A stretch of 64,000 nt of DNA from Camelus ferus (Eukaryota). How positions within the stretch are numbered: the first letter of the stretch is position 1; each line of letters starts with the position of its first letter. The notes below the pieces were generated by a model. It was not told the DNA's origin. It ran no database searches and saw only the letters and a list, made by a program, of their open reading frames with translations. Shown one piece after another: positions 1 to 11,329 of the stretch. The translations under genes and the position numbers were made by a program. Location: the NCBI RefSeq assembly GCF_009834535.1, contig NC_045697.1, positions 43,526,001-43,590,000 of the forward strand, written 5' to 3'.

Positions 1-379
1 CTTTGGTTATTGGTATTAGATGTGGGTTCGTCTCAAAAGCCACACAGACTTTTTGTAAAACTTGAACAAAGTCCAAAGATTTTAAGAGAAGTTTATTGCC
101 ATCGTTACAGATTTATGAGGGACTTCCAAATAACCCACACAACTGTTTCTGTTTTCTTTTCTCCCTCTATATTAATAACAAACTACCCATAGTAAGAATT
201 CATATGATATCAATAACAGCATTAATTATTTAGATATGGTAATTTTGGGAGTGTTTGCTTGGTTGGTTTTTGGTTTTGGTGTTGTTTTGATTACATCACT
301 TCTTCCTTACATCAACCCTGTGAGGTGATGTTGCACGTGCAGGAACTGGGATTAAAGAGATTTAGAGATTTGAGAGCAA

Positions 380-600
380 TAGACTGTGCCTGGATTCCCC
401 TCCCTGGGTTACTTTCTCCAGGCAGAAAGCTAAAGCAATGGCAGGACTCATCTTGTCTGTTTCCCAGTTCTCAGGGATAACTTTCCTTCATTGCCTGATG
501 TCCAATGTCTTCAGAACCATTTTGTTTCATAATTCTTTCCAGTTTTTTAGTTGTTTCAGTTAGGAAGATAAATTCAGTCTTCATCTTGGCCAGAGGTAAA
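380..600 (-). mobile_element. Old L1M (L1MC/L1ME-type) 5'-region fragment
   Basis: 'tttctccaggcagaaagct...gtttcccagttctcagggataac...tgcctgatgtccaatgtct...ccagttttttagttgtttcag...tggccagagg' resembles the reverse complement of an ancient L1 5' end (recalled consensus). Confidence 0.6.
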
Positions 601-604
601 ACTC

Positions 605-740
605 TGTATCCCAGGTGAAGAAACAGAGTGATAAAGATTTTTACAAAATTTGCCCTGTAGTATGCACCTTAAATAGAGACCTCAGGATTCAAATCTAGTT
701 CTGCATGTCTCCAAAGTCCATGTGCATTGCTTTCAACCTA
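605..740 (-). mobile_element. MIR SINE fragment
   Basis: 'caggtgaagaaacagag...caggattcaaatctagttctg...ctccaaagtccatgtgc' is the MIR core and head, antisense. Confidence 0.65.
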
Positions 741-770
741 CTACTTACCAGGTAATTTGTTTCAGTATTG

Positions 771-942
771 CAGTGGTTCTCAAAACGTAACACTCCCAAC
801 CCCAGATCAGCAGCATCAGCAGCATCTGGGAACTTGCTAGATATGCAAAACCTTGGCTCCTTTCCAGACCTACTAAATCAGAAATTCTGAAGGTGGAGCC
901 CAGCAAGTGATTCTGATGCCTACCCAAGTGTGACAGCCACTG
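771..942. mobile_element. MER5A (hAT-Charlie non-autonomous DNA transposon)
   Basis: Termini cagtggttctcaaa / gacagccactg; internal 'cagcagcatcagcagcatctgggaacttgctagatatgcaaa' and 'agacctactaaatcagaaattctg'. Confidence 0.9.
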
Positions 943-2220
943 CACTATTAGGTGAGCCATGGCAGTGAGGGGAAAGACAGAAGAGAGAGGGATGGGAGGA
1001 GAATGATGGGTATAAACTGGCCGATCTCTGGTAAGAACACAGTACCATAACATCCTCTATTAGGCGATCATGTCTGCAGCTGCAGGGACACATGTGAGAA
1101 TGGATACGCCAAGAATCTGGTGGCCAAGTTGGTGAGAAAGCAAATCTCCAATACTGAAAATAACTTCTTCCAACATGATACCACCGCATCTACAGTAAAG
1201 GGAATTCCAAATACCAGATAAAATAGCCATATCCATAGTCTTTAGGTCAGCATTTCCCAAAGTGTGTGCCTCTGACACTCGGAGCGCACATGCACAAAAG
1301 CAGCGCAATCCAGTAAACCAGAGAACCCTGTCTACCTGAGCTCCCTCACAAGTCGATTTAGTGCAGCAAAGGCTCAAGAAGCTTTACACAATTGCCCAAA
1401 GGCACCTTTTACTCATGTAAATGCCTACAGCATCCCACTGCACCGGTGCTCTAGGGGGAAGTAGCTCACTCAGACACCAGAAGCGGAGACACAAATGTCA
1501 TTTGGGGAACTTGACATTGCTTTCTCCTCCCCCATCTCGAATGAGACTGTGGTTTTGCTGATTCTGGACGGTCCAACAACTAGGAAAGCCCAATATGTTC
1601 AAAAATATTCCCTTAAATTGAATTTATAGATTACTTGTGAAGTCCTTCTGGAATAAAAAATTCAGAAGCATAGCAAGAATTAAACTTCTCACGTCAAGTG
1701 AGACCCTGCCCCGGGCTAGCAGAATGTTAGGCAGCAGTCGTCCTCCTGTGAGGGACCTGGCGTCTGAGAGTAACCATGGCAAGACATGCCTCACCTCCTT
1801 CTGCCCTGTGTCTTCACCTTTCTTCTAATAAGATTTTGTTTCCTTGGCTAATTAAAGCAGTATCTGAGTTGGTCAATAAAGAGTGTGAAGTCTGTAATTT
1901 TTTATTGCGATCCTTATAAATAAAACAGAAAGGAAAAAAGTTAAAGAACAAAATGGCCAACCCACTAGGCAGCGGTACACTGTTTTCAGGACCTCTAGCA
2001 TTAGATGCTCAGAGCCAAGCAGGGCTGGGCAGGTGGAAGAACAACCAGAGAGGGCAGTCTGGCTCAGAGATGGCACAGAAGGATGCAGGGAAGCGTGAGT
2101 CTGTAGCTCTGGTGAGATCTTGTCCCCACGTCTCCCATGCTAGAGGAGCTCACAGTGTTGCCAGGTGTAGCCTCACCCTAAACCTAGCCTCCCTGGAAGA
2201 AGCAGTCAGAGAGATGGGAC

Positions 2221-2252
2221 AGAATCACAAAGAGTCACAAAGAGTCACAAAG
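2221..2252. repeat. 10-bp tandem repeat (AGAGTCACAA) x ~3
   Basis: agaatcacaa agagtcacaa agagtcacaa ag, seen directly. Confidence 0.9.
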
Positions 2253-2859
2253 GCTTGGGAGCAGCAATTTGCAGACTTGGACGAAGACCTTCTCAAAATA
2301 CCAAACTAAAAGTAACTCCACCCGAAAAGCAGATGAAGTATCTCCTCATTTCCTCATCCTAGGAGAACAACACCCTTTCTAGAAAAATGTAATTAATGAT
2401 CTGGGTGTGAAAAGACACTGACTACTTGCCCCCAAACAGGTAATTAACATAATGTCACTAGGTTTCTAAAAATTAGCAGAGGCAGGCAATTAAAAATAAA
2501 TGACTGGCCCTGATCTAGCCCAGGTCTAAGCAGGAATCCTAATGTCTGGTTACCTTATTAGAACTTTGGCTGAGTCATTTTCTGTAATTGAATGATCTTC
2601 TTAGGCAATATTCACAATTTACTCTGGGAAAAAAGCATTTCTTCTTGGTGGTGACTGTGATATTTCCCAAGAATATAACATTGGTATTAACCAGATGGTA
2701 CATTTTAACCTCTAATGGTTTCCTGTTTGTGTGCTAGAATATCCTGTGGCTGCCCTGTAAAATTAATTTTTTATTTTAATTTAATTTTAAAAATAGAATG
2801 AAAATATACCACTCCCCTATTGGTTTTCAGAGTTATTTAAATGTAATGTAGGTGTATCT

Positions 2860-3065
2860 ACCAGTGAGGATCTCGGCACAAAACAGGTGGCATGCTCAAA
2901 AGACTTGACTTAATAGAGCTTTTGAAGCTGTGAAAAGTTAAAGAAACCTAAAAACATGACGCAGCCTCCAGACGTCAACGACAATGGACATCGTTACCTC
3001 CCCCAAGTCTGAAAGGCAAGAGGAGGGAAAAGGGTTTCTAGAGACTGGAGAAACCCAGGGCCCTG
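2860..3065 (-). mobile_element. Degenerate ERVL-class LTR fragment (LTR33-like)
   Basis: 'aaaacaggtggcatgctcaaa...cgttacctcccccaagtctgaaaggcaagaggaggg' resembles the antisense 3' end of ancient ERVL LTRs. Confidence 0.45.
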
Positions 3066-3174
3066 AGACAAGATCAACTGACAAGCATTACATCCATGCT
3101 AAAGACAAGTCTCAACCTGGGACCCTCTCCTTAGTGTAATCAGAGGATCACACTGTGATCGATATGAATGCTAT

Positions 3175-3395
3175 TAACAATAATAGCTCATACTAATTAC
3201 TACGTGGCATCCATTGCGATAAGCATCTGGCTTGCATGTTCTCCTTCAGTCCTCAGAAGAGCCCTGCAAGGCGGATACTCTATTTATCCTCCCTTTGCAG
3301 AGAGATTAAATAATGCAGCCAGTCACACAGCTGGAAAAGGCTGAAGCCACATGTGAACCCAGGCATCTGACTGGAGAAGCCACACTGTTAACCAC
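3175..3395 (-). mobile_element. MIR SINE
   Basis: 'aacaataatagctcatac...gtcacacagctggaaaaggctgaagcc...tgaacccaggcatctgactggagaagcc...ttaaccac'. Confidence 0.85.
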
Positions 3396-4021
3396 CCAAA
3401 AAAGGTTTGTATGATTAGAATCATAAACTAATGTAATTCTTACACTGCATCAAAAATCAGGGAATTTGCTCCAGACTCCACTCTCTGATTTGGTTGGTTT
3501 CCTTTAGGCAGAGGGATTTCTTTAATTATGTAAAACCTATCTGAGCAACTATTTCCTGATTCATTTTGTGAGAAAAAAATAACAATAATAATAATACCTT
3601 TGCATCTTGAAACAGCTGTAAGTTTTGTCTTTCAAAGCTGCTTGTTCTTCTGTGCTTATCTTTAGGGATAAGCAGGTAGATCAGAGGCAGCCAGCCTGCA
3701 TTCAGCCCCCTGCTAGGTCTTTCCATCCACTACGTCCTGCTTACATCCAGGCCTCTGTTAACTCTGACAGGGTCACTCAGAATACTGTTTCATGAAAGAC
3801 TCGTAATACAGGATAAGGAGACACTTTTCTAAGAAAATGCTAGATTTCATCCACTTCTAACTTCTCACCACCCCTAATTCCCATCCTCAATGTCATTCCT
3901 GTTTTTAAGCAGGGAGATCTGCATATTCCTCTAGTTTGCATTGTTCTTTAGAAACATTATACTCCAGTTTTGGAAAATTAATCATCAAATACATTTTATC
4001 AAACTATACAGTCCAATACCA

Positions 4022-4428
4022 TTTTTAACTTTTTGTGGATATATTATTTCACACAGAAAAGTGCACAAATCTAGGGTATGCAGCTAAATTAATTATCAAA
4101 AATTAATATACCCTTGAAGCCACTACCCAGGTCAAGAAACGGAAGCCTCCTGTGCTCCCTCCTAATCATTGCCCACCCTGTCTCCAAAAGTAACCACTCC
4201 TCTAACTTCTAACACCGTGAATGGAGTTTACCTGTTTTTGGACTTTATATAAATGGAGTCATACAATATGTACATTTTTATGTCTGGATTCATCCAGGGA
4301 TGAATATATGTGAACTTTGCCACATATAGGTAAAGTTCATTTATTTTCATTACTAGATAGTATTTCATTACATGAATATACCACAATTTATGTAAATATT
4401 CTACTGCTGATAAATATTTGGGACTTGT
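4022..4428 (-). mobile_element. L1ME-type 3' end (antisense)
   Basis: 'acagaaaagtgcacaaatct...cccaggtcaagaaac...gtaaccact...ttctaacacc...gactttatataaatggagtcatacaatatgtac...gaatataccacaatttat'. Confidence 0.85.
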
Positions 4429-4780
4429 AATACATAACTGACAAAGGCTTGCATATGAAAGATGTAGAGTATGCTATGTAACAAAAATACCATTAACCCA
4501 ATAGAAAACGGTCTTAAGAGACACTTTTTCAAAATAAAGATACTCAAATAACCAAAAAATACGAAAAGGTTCTCAGTCTCATTAATCATCCAGGAACTGT
4601 AAATTTAAGCCATGCGTACCACCACTCATCTACTAGAAAGGCTAAAATGAAAAGACTGACTAGATCAAGTGTTGATAAAGGCACCAAAAAACACAAAGCT
4701 CCTGTACAATCTTGGTGTATAATTGGTACAATCACTTAGGAAGGCAGTCTGGCATTCTCTTCTAAAACTGAACATATTTC
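4429..4780 (+). mobile_element. L1ME-type ORF2 3' fragment (sense), inverted relative to the adjacent 3' end
   Basis: 'ataactgacaaaggctt...cccaatagaaaacgg...ctcattaatcatccaggaa...ctactagaaaggctaaaatgaaaagactgac...caagtgttg...ggtacaatcactt'. Confidence 0.8.
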
Positions 4781-5289
4781 ATTTTTAACTATAAACTCAT
4801 TTATCTTTTGAAATGCATTTTTAAAATGCATCCTTAGAGAAAGAGGCTAAGCGGTGGTTTACGTAAAACTACTTCTAGGGTCTTAACTTCTCACAAACTT
4901 AATATGTGCCCTTAGAATTATGTAGCAGCTTAGAAAAAAAAACAAAAACGACTGTTACTTACATAACATTAATGTTTAAAAATACTATCTAATTCAATTT
5001 CCTTATACTCTGCCAAGACTATACTTCATGTAGAGGATTGCATCCAAACATATTTTTGACAGCACACTGATAATTTAGACATGAAAGTGGAGAAGGGTTC
5101 TGCAACCTCACTCAGTTAGTGATTAAACAGTGCATTATTCACTAAACACCAACTGTGGGCCAGAGATGGCACCAGGCAATGGAAGTAGGGTGGCTAAAGC
5201 AAAACATTTAAATATTTCTGAGTCTGTCACATTTCAACACTCTATTCACTCTTTCTATTCACTTTAAGTCCTCCTCTGAGGCTTTTCCT

Positions 5290-5760
5290 GTGATCTCTAG
5301 ACTAATGATTCCTAAATCTTTTTATTCAGGCATCTTCTCTCAGCACCAGAATTTTGCCTCTGTGCACCTGCTGGTCTTCAGCTCCTCAAGCTCTTGTAAC
5401 CCAACACATTTAAATGTAATTCATCTTCTCCCAAACTGTCTACCCCTGAGGGTGGTTACAGTATCCACATAGCGTTTGAAGCTAGAAGTTAGTCAGTCAT
5501 CCTTGAATTCTCCCTGTCTCATCCTTAGCATCTATTCAATTACCAAATCCTGCTCATTTTAAATCTATCTCACCTCCATCCTCTTCTACTAGCACCTGCC
5601 TGGAATACAAAAGCAGCCACCCAGTTGTCCGTCTGTACCTCCACGCAACACAGTTCCAGCAGCACCGCGAGTCCTACCGATGCGAAGAATAGTCTATTTG
5701 ATTTCCCTCTTCAAACCACTTGATGGTTCTTCATCACCTCTAGTACAGAGCATAACCTAT
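5290..5760 (+). mobile_element. L2 LINE fragment
   Basis: 'atgattcctaaatct...gtcatccttgaattctccctgtctc...attcaattaccaaatcctgctcatttt' is typical L2 3'-half sequence. Confidence 0.7.
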
Positions 5761-5789
5761 GTCATCTCAGCTTATACTGTAAAAGCAAA

Positions 5790-5915
5790 CAATATTCAGA
5801 AACTGGTAACAGTGGCTCCTTCTAAAAGGACAATTTGACGACTGGAGGGATGGGATAAGAGAGAGACTTCCTTTTCACTGTATACTCTTCCTATAATTTT
5901 TTAATTTGGTACCAG
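5790..5915 (+). mobile_element. L1ME 3' end fragment
   Basis: 'aaactggtaacagtggctccttct...gagagacttccttttcactgtatactctt'. Confidence 0.7.
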
Positions 5916-7013
5916 AGTCAGATTCTAGTACCAAATTTGAAAAATATCTTTTAATGTATGCTACAAGATTCTGTGTATTTGCCATCAATGGTCTACAAAT
6001 CTGGTTCTGAGCATCCAGATAGCCAGAGAAATGAGGGCAACATGATCAGGTTTAAGTGACACATCATTTAGATAAAATTAAACCAGCTCCCAAGAAAAAG
6101 CCTAGTTTTTCCTGGTTCAAAAACAAAATCAAAAAAGAAATTCCCTGTGGGTCCTCATAAAAAGAACATTCCACAGGGGAAATCGCCAACAATATTCCCA
6201 AATAATTTCAACAGAGATTTTCAGACTGCAGATCCTTAGACCATCCCTCCAGATAAGCCAAAAGCATAATGCAAAAACACAACTGGCAGAGCAGTTCTCC
6301 CGTGGGCTAATCGTCTCATTTTGGTGGTTTCAGATGCTGTATTCAAACTGGACCTTGTAACATGGTCAGTACTTGATAACAATATTTTCCATTAATATTG
6401 TATATGAAAGAACTTCACACAAGTCAGAGCTGCCCTAATGAGAGAGTCTGATTCTGAGACAATTAGCCTCCCTTCACATCAGGGACGTTGTGGAACAGAT
6501 CCTTGCCTTGCAAGAAGTTTGGAGGTCATAACTTCTGGGATGCCTTCAAACATTAAGATTTTACAAGGCGGTATGACCTTGTATCTTGAAATTACTTCCT
6601 TAAAGTTTAAATACATCTCTATGTGTTAGGAGTTATTACTTAAATAAATTTAAGAACTGGCTTATAGGGCCTCCTTATATTTAGGAAATTCCCTGAATAG
6701 AATTAGAGGTGTTATTAGCATTGGTTTAAAGGAAGCCTAAAACTAAGTTTGTAACTAGTGAGACATTTAAGAAGACCCAGGAGCCCTGATACCCACGCCT
6801 ATCAACTACCTTCCATGCTTAATAAGGTTAAGTAACTCTCCAAAAACAAGCAATGCAATGCTACCTCTTGCCCTAGATTTTCTTCCATCAGACAAGGAGA
6901 AAGTATCTAAGCCTGAATCTGCACAATAAAAACCAGAGGGCCAATTCCTCTTTTAAATATACACATGCACAATTCAAAATGGAAATTTTCCTTTATTTAA
7001 AAAGAAAAAGGAA

Positions 7014-7039
7014 GGGAGGGGGAATGGGAGGGAGGAGGG
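7014..7039 (+). other. Canonical G-quadruplex motif in a purine-rich tract
   Basis: GGG-A-GGGGG-AAT-GGG-A-GGG-AGGA-GGG fits G3+(N1-7 G3+)3. Confidence 0.6.
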
Positions 7040-8839
7040 AAGGAAGAAGAAAAGGTAGGAGAGAGGAAAAAAAGGTAAGACAAGAATTCATAGCCCCAGT
7101 TTACAAGGGACAAGATGGGGAGGGGGGAGATGAATGTCCTTTCTACCCAAGGTACAGCCTGGCGCTGGCTTTGCCAAGACTCCCCGCATCTCTGTCGCCA
7201 CGTTCCATTGGCGCCTGAAAGGTAAGTACCACTCCTTCCAGCCTGTGGCTTAAGGGAAACAGTAGAGGGAAAAAGGTTGAGAACCATCTGGCTGGGAGTA
7301 TATGCAAACTAAATCAAGTGTATTGTTCAAAATTTACAGTGGGTCATCTCTTCTTTTTTCTTATTTCTTTTCAATATCGAATGAAGGGCTGACCAGCAAG
7401 GTCAAACTCCCCTTATTAATGAGGCATTGCTGGGGCTCTGTCTCATTAGGGCACTCAGAACTGTGCATTTACTGCAATTTGCAGCACTTAATAGAGAAAG
7501 GTCAGAGCGGGTCACGTTCAATTTCCACTTGGCAGAGGGAGGAAAAATGGAAGCGATTCATTTGCACAAATTTGAATAATTCTTCTCAGTCTCCTTTTCT
7601 TTATCTACGTATGGATAATTCCTGCATCTTACCTCACTCACAATCATTTCAGAACTGCCAGCAGCCAGATTTCTATGAAGGCTGTAATGGAGCTGACAGA
7701 TTCTATGAATCCAGGTGTCAAAATAAAGCCGCTGGCTTCATCCCCTGCCCCCCTTCGCACAACAGGGAATAGGAGCTGCCTCTAGTGAGCTCTTAAACTT
7801 ATCATAAATGTATCAAGATTGCTGTGGGCCATGAAACAGCTGTAGACAATTAATCTTTCCACAATTCTTCGGCATAAGAATTGCTTTCCCCGCAAAGTAA
7901 CATCTGCCGTGCCGAGGTGATTATTCACGGCCGAGGGCGCCACCATAGTTTCATGCATAGAGCCATCAGTGGCAATGAAGCAAAATTTATAGTTTTCCCT
8001 GGTTCAGTAAAAATAACATTTCAGCTGCATTAAAACATCATCCATCAGCATTGTCCCAGAGCCCAGAGCCCCATCTCATCCAAAGAAATTAAAAAGTATT
8101 CATTTTAATGCTAACTTCTGAAGCTTGCAATGACATTACTGCCTTTTTTGGAGGGGTTGGGGGAGGAGGAGTGATGATACGGAGGAAGAGGGGAGGAGAA
8201 GGTGATGCAGCACAGCTAAGCTGAGCATTAAGTGTGCTACTAGATAGTAATGATATCCCAATTACCAGGACTGCTGGCTCTTATTTATTCATAACCCCTG
8301 AATACTTAATCAAAAATCCTTGAATCAAATTGAACACCTAAAGAGGGAAAGTTATTTCACAGAAGCAAGATAATTTCTTGGCTTCAAGGGAAAGATACAA
8401 AATGGATACCAAAGCAATAGCTACTTTTTCCAATATAGTAGGACACTTTTATTTCTTTAAAATGTTTTAACATTTGTCTGATGAAATAAAATTTACCGTG
8501 GGGAAAAAGTGGGTATTTGTTTTGAACCTCCCTCAGCATTATGTCAGGCTCAGGGCTTGCTCTCAAAAGTGAAAGGGCCTCCTGCTGCTTTGGAGCTCTA
8601 TCTATCAGAAAGTACAAGTTCCAGGGCTGCTTATGGGTATTCAAACATAATAACACAGAGGGAGAGAAAGAGGGTAGCTTTGGCGTCATCTGATCTACAC
8701 AGGCCGTCATACACAGTGCAGGTCTCCAAATACACTAATCTGCAAATAAAATTAAAATGCTATGTTGCCCCCACACTCATACCCACTGCATTCCACCAAG
8801 CCACCCATATACTACTTATGTTTTTAATTTTTTCAAATA

Positions 8840-9065
8840 ATGAATTCATGCAGTCAACATCCGGTTAAGCACTGTGTTCCAAGTCTTGTGCTACGTGCCA
8901 GGAGTCCACAGACCCCAGTCTTTGTGCAGCTGGCAGTCCAGAGGGAAACAGAAACAAATCACTAAAATACAGGTGATAAGTGACATAATAAAAGCACAAA
9001 TAAGGGGCACAAATAAAGTGCTATCGCATAGAAAACAAAATTGCTCAGCTGGGGAGAGTGGCTGA
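8840..9065 (-). mobile_element. L2 3' end
   Basis: 'attcatgcagtcaacatccggttaagcactgtgttccaag...tgtgctacgtgccaggag'. Confidence 0.65.
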
Positions 9066-9829
9066 AAAAAGGTGTCAATTCAACACAGTCCAGAGAAATA
9101 GAGGGCATTTGAATATCCACCATTTAAAGCATTAGTAAATATCATCTGGCAATTGTGTCTTCATACCTAAAAGCACTACTGTTCAAGGTCATAAACAAAT
9201 TGACTTAGAAAGTCACCCAAAAACAAAAACAAAGGAAAAAAAGCTGAGAGGCAATGAACTGGGAGGTCAGATCTTGGCTCCAGGGCTACAGCACTGATCT
9301 ATCCATGGTGCTGGCTCACAGCGAGGTTTTATAAGGTGCAATGTTTTATGCACGATCTCTTAAGATCAATGTTTGTCCTTGGCATGTTTTCATCCAAAAG
9401 TGAAAGCTAATCATTTTTTACTCATTGGAGATTCTCCTAATTTCACAGTCAATGAAACACAGATTTCGCTGCAAGCCAAAAGTTAAATTTTACAAAGGTC
9501 AAAGGGGAAGTTCAAGTTGCTGTGTCAGTGAGTCTCAAACCACAGGATGAGACACACTGATCTGTTGCAGCACAAAAACCTCAACATAGGAGTGACTCCT
9601 TGCCTGGCAGGTAGCACTCAGGAGAACACAGACCCCAGGATACATTCACAGTACAGCAAGTTTCTCCGATATTTTAAAATGATGCTTTCTCTTTCTGTTT
9701 TCCAATTTTTAAATATTAATATTTTTGGAAATTTTGAAAGGAGTCTGTGCCTTTTGGTGAAAGCACTTCTAAATCTCTTCAATAAGCTTATATTTAGTTA
9801 AGTTTAAGGTTTATATGTATGGAGAGAGT

Positions 9830-10010
9830 TGTTTAATATAATTTAAAATGTTTAATACATACAAATATATAAATTGGTATATATTTCTGTACAACATATA
9901 TACAAATACATAAATTGCTATACATCTATATATACATATAACTTGAAAATACATTATATATAACCATATATTTAAATATATATAAACAACTTGATATAGA
10001 TAGATAGATC
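9830..10010. repeat. AT-rich (TA/CATA-like) low-complexity tract
   Basis: Degenerate tatata/acata repeats. Confidence 0.75.
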
Positions 10011-10589
10011 TCTGAACATTTATGTTCAGTTCTCAACACATAATTTTTCCATGGCACATGTCTCTTCAGCCCTTCTTGGATATGCATAAACAGAAATTCA
10101 ATGAGGGAAAATGATTCTGGAAGGATGTAGGACTTTCAACCAAAAGCTGACAATGCAATAAAAAAAACTATCCAGATGAAGAAGTTAGCTGAATAAGGAA
10201 TGTATACAAATAAACTTAGGTTTAAAACTTCATGTACAAGAAAATGAAAATAAAAAAGGACACATAATCTAGAAGGAATTTTTCTAATTACACAAAGCTG
10301 AAGGAATATTGTTTTGAAAGCTAAAATCCAGGACTGATTGAGGACTGGGAAAAATTCTGTAGACAAAATGTGCCTTTTAAGCTGTATTTATTGTCTCAAG
10401 AACAAAGAGCACATCATGGCTGTGACTGTGTGGAGTCAGAGCTATTCAGGGCCTATTTTGTTTCAGTCTTCTCTACCGGACATGACCTTCACTCTGGAGA
10501 GGAAGGTGCCAATGTGGTTTAAGAGGAATTAAAGCCCAAGAAAGGTAGAAGACAGTAAGGACACAGCCAGCAGTTTTAAATAAATTCAA

Positions 10590-11265
10590 GTTTCAGGACC
10601 CAAAATAATTACATTTCAGAATATTGAAAAGACCACGGTAGTGATTCCACACCCATGATCAAAACTTGAAAAATTAAGAGAATAGGAAAAGTTCCAAGAG
10701 CCAGATGGGAACAAAAGTCTACATTTTCCCCCCAAAAATGAAATTGATTCAAGAACCATTTTTATATTGAAACTCAGAATAATTTTAGATGATTTGCAAG
10801 TATTAGAAAATGAAAATGGGGCTCACCTGAATAAACTGGGACTAGCCTCGTTTCCCCTGGGATTACTAGACTGATAAGCAGGAGGGTGCCAGAGGTTTAT
10901 TCTATCTTGACTGCATCGGAGCATTTAATAAAATGTTGTAGATCTTTGTATTCAAGATAGAGAAATATGGGCTGAATGAACTAGAATATGCAGGATCCAC
11001 AGCTGTTGAACAGAGTTAATTAAATAACAGAAGGAAGCTGATGTGTGGAGTGCAGGGACAGGAATCTGTGTGCAATATTATCTTCCTGAAGGAAGACCTA
11101 TCTCTTGAACTGCAGGTGGCTCAGACAGAGAAAAGGGGCTAACACTGCACAAGGCTGCCTGCCTCACCACCTTTACATAAATTGAAAGCTGGCTCACAGG
11201 CCAAAGTAATAAGACAAAATGTATTAGATAAAAATGTAACGCCCAGCATCTACAGTCAATGGGTT
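10590..11265 (+). mobile_element. L3/CR1 LINE, degenerate RT-region fragment
   Basis: 'ggattactagactgataagcaggagggtgcc...tatcttgactgcatcggagcatttaataaa...caagatagagaaatatgggctgaatga' matches the CR1 RT segment encoding the YLDFSKAFD motif region; no intact ORF. Confidence 0.7.
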
Positions 11266-11329
11266 GCAGCCCACAAACCAACCTCAAACTAATCAGTGAC
11301 CTAACAAAAGAAGTCCCATTAAATGCAGG

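Noticed and set aside
1064..1194. Possible + strand exon (tag|GCGATC...ACA|gtaaag) with an open frame (DHVCSCRDTCENGYAKNLVAK...)
   Set aside because: Weak pyrimidine tract and donor, 131 nt long, no recognisable homology.
6141..6183. Small hairpin ccctgtgg...ccacaggg
   Set aside because: Only an 8-bp perfect stem, with no miRNA- or snoRNA-like features.
7302..7772. 156-aa ORF
   Set aside because: No recognisable domain or coding-like composition. The region is better treated as candidate regulatory DNA.
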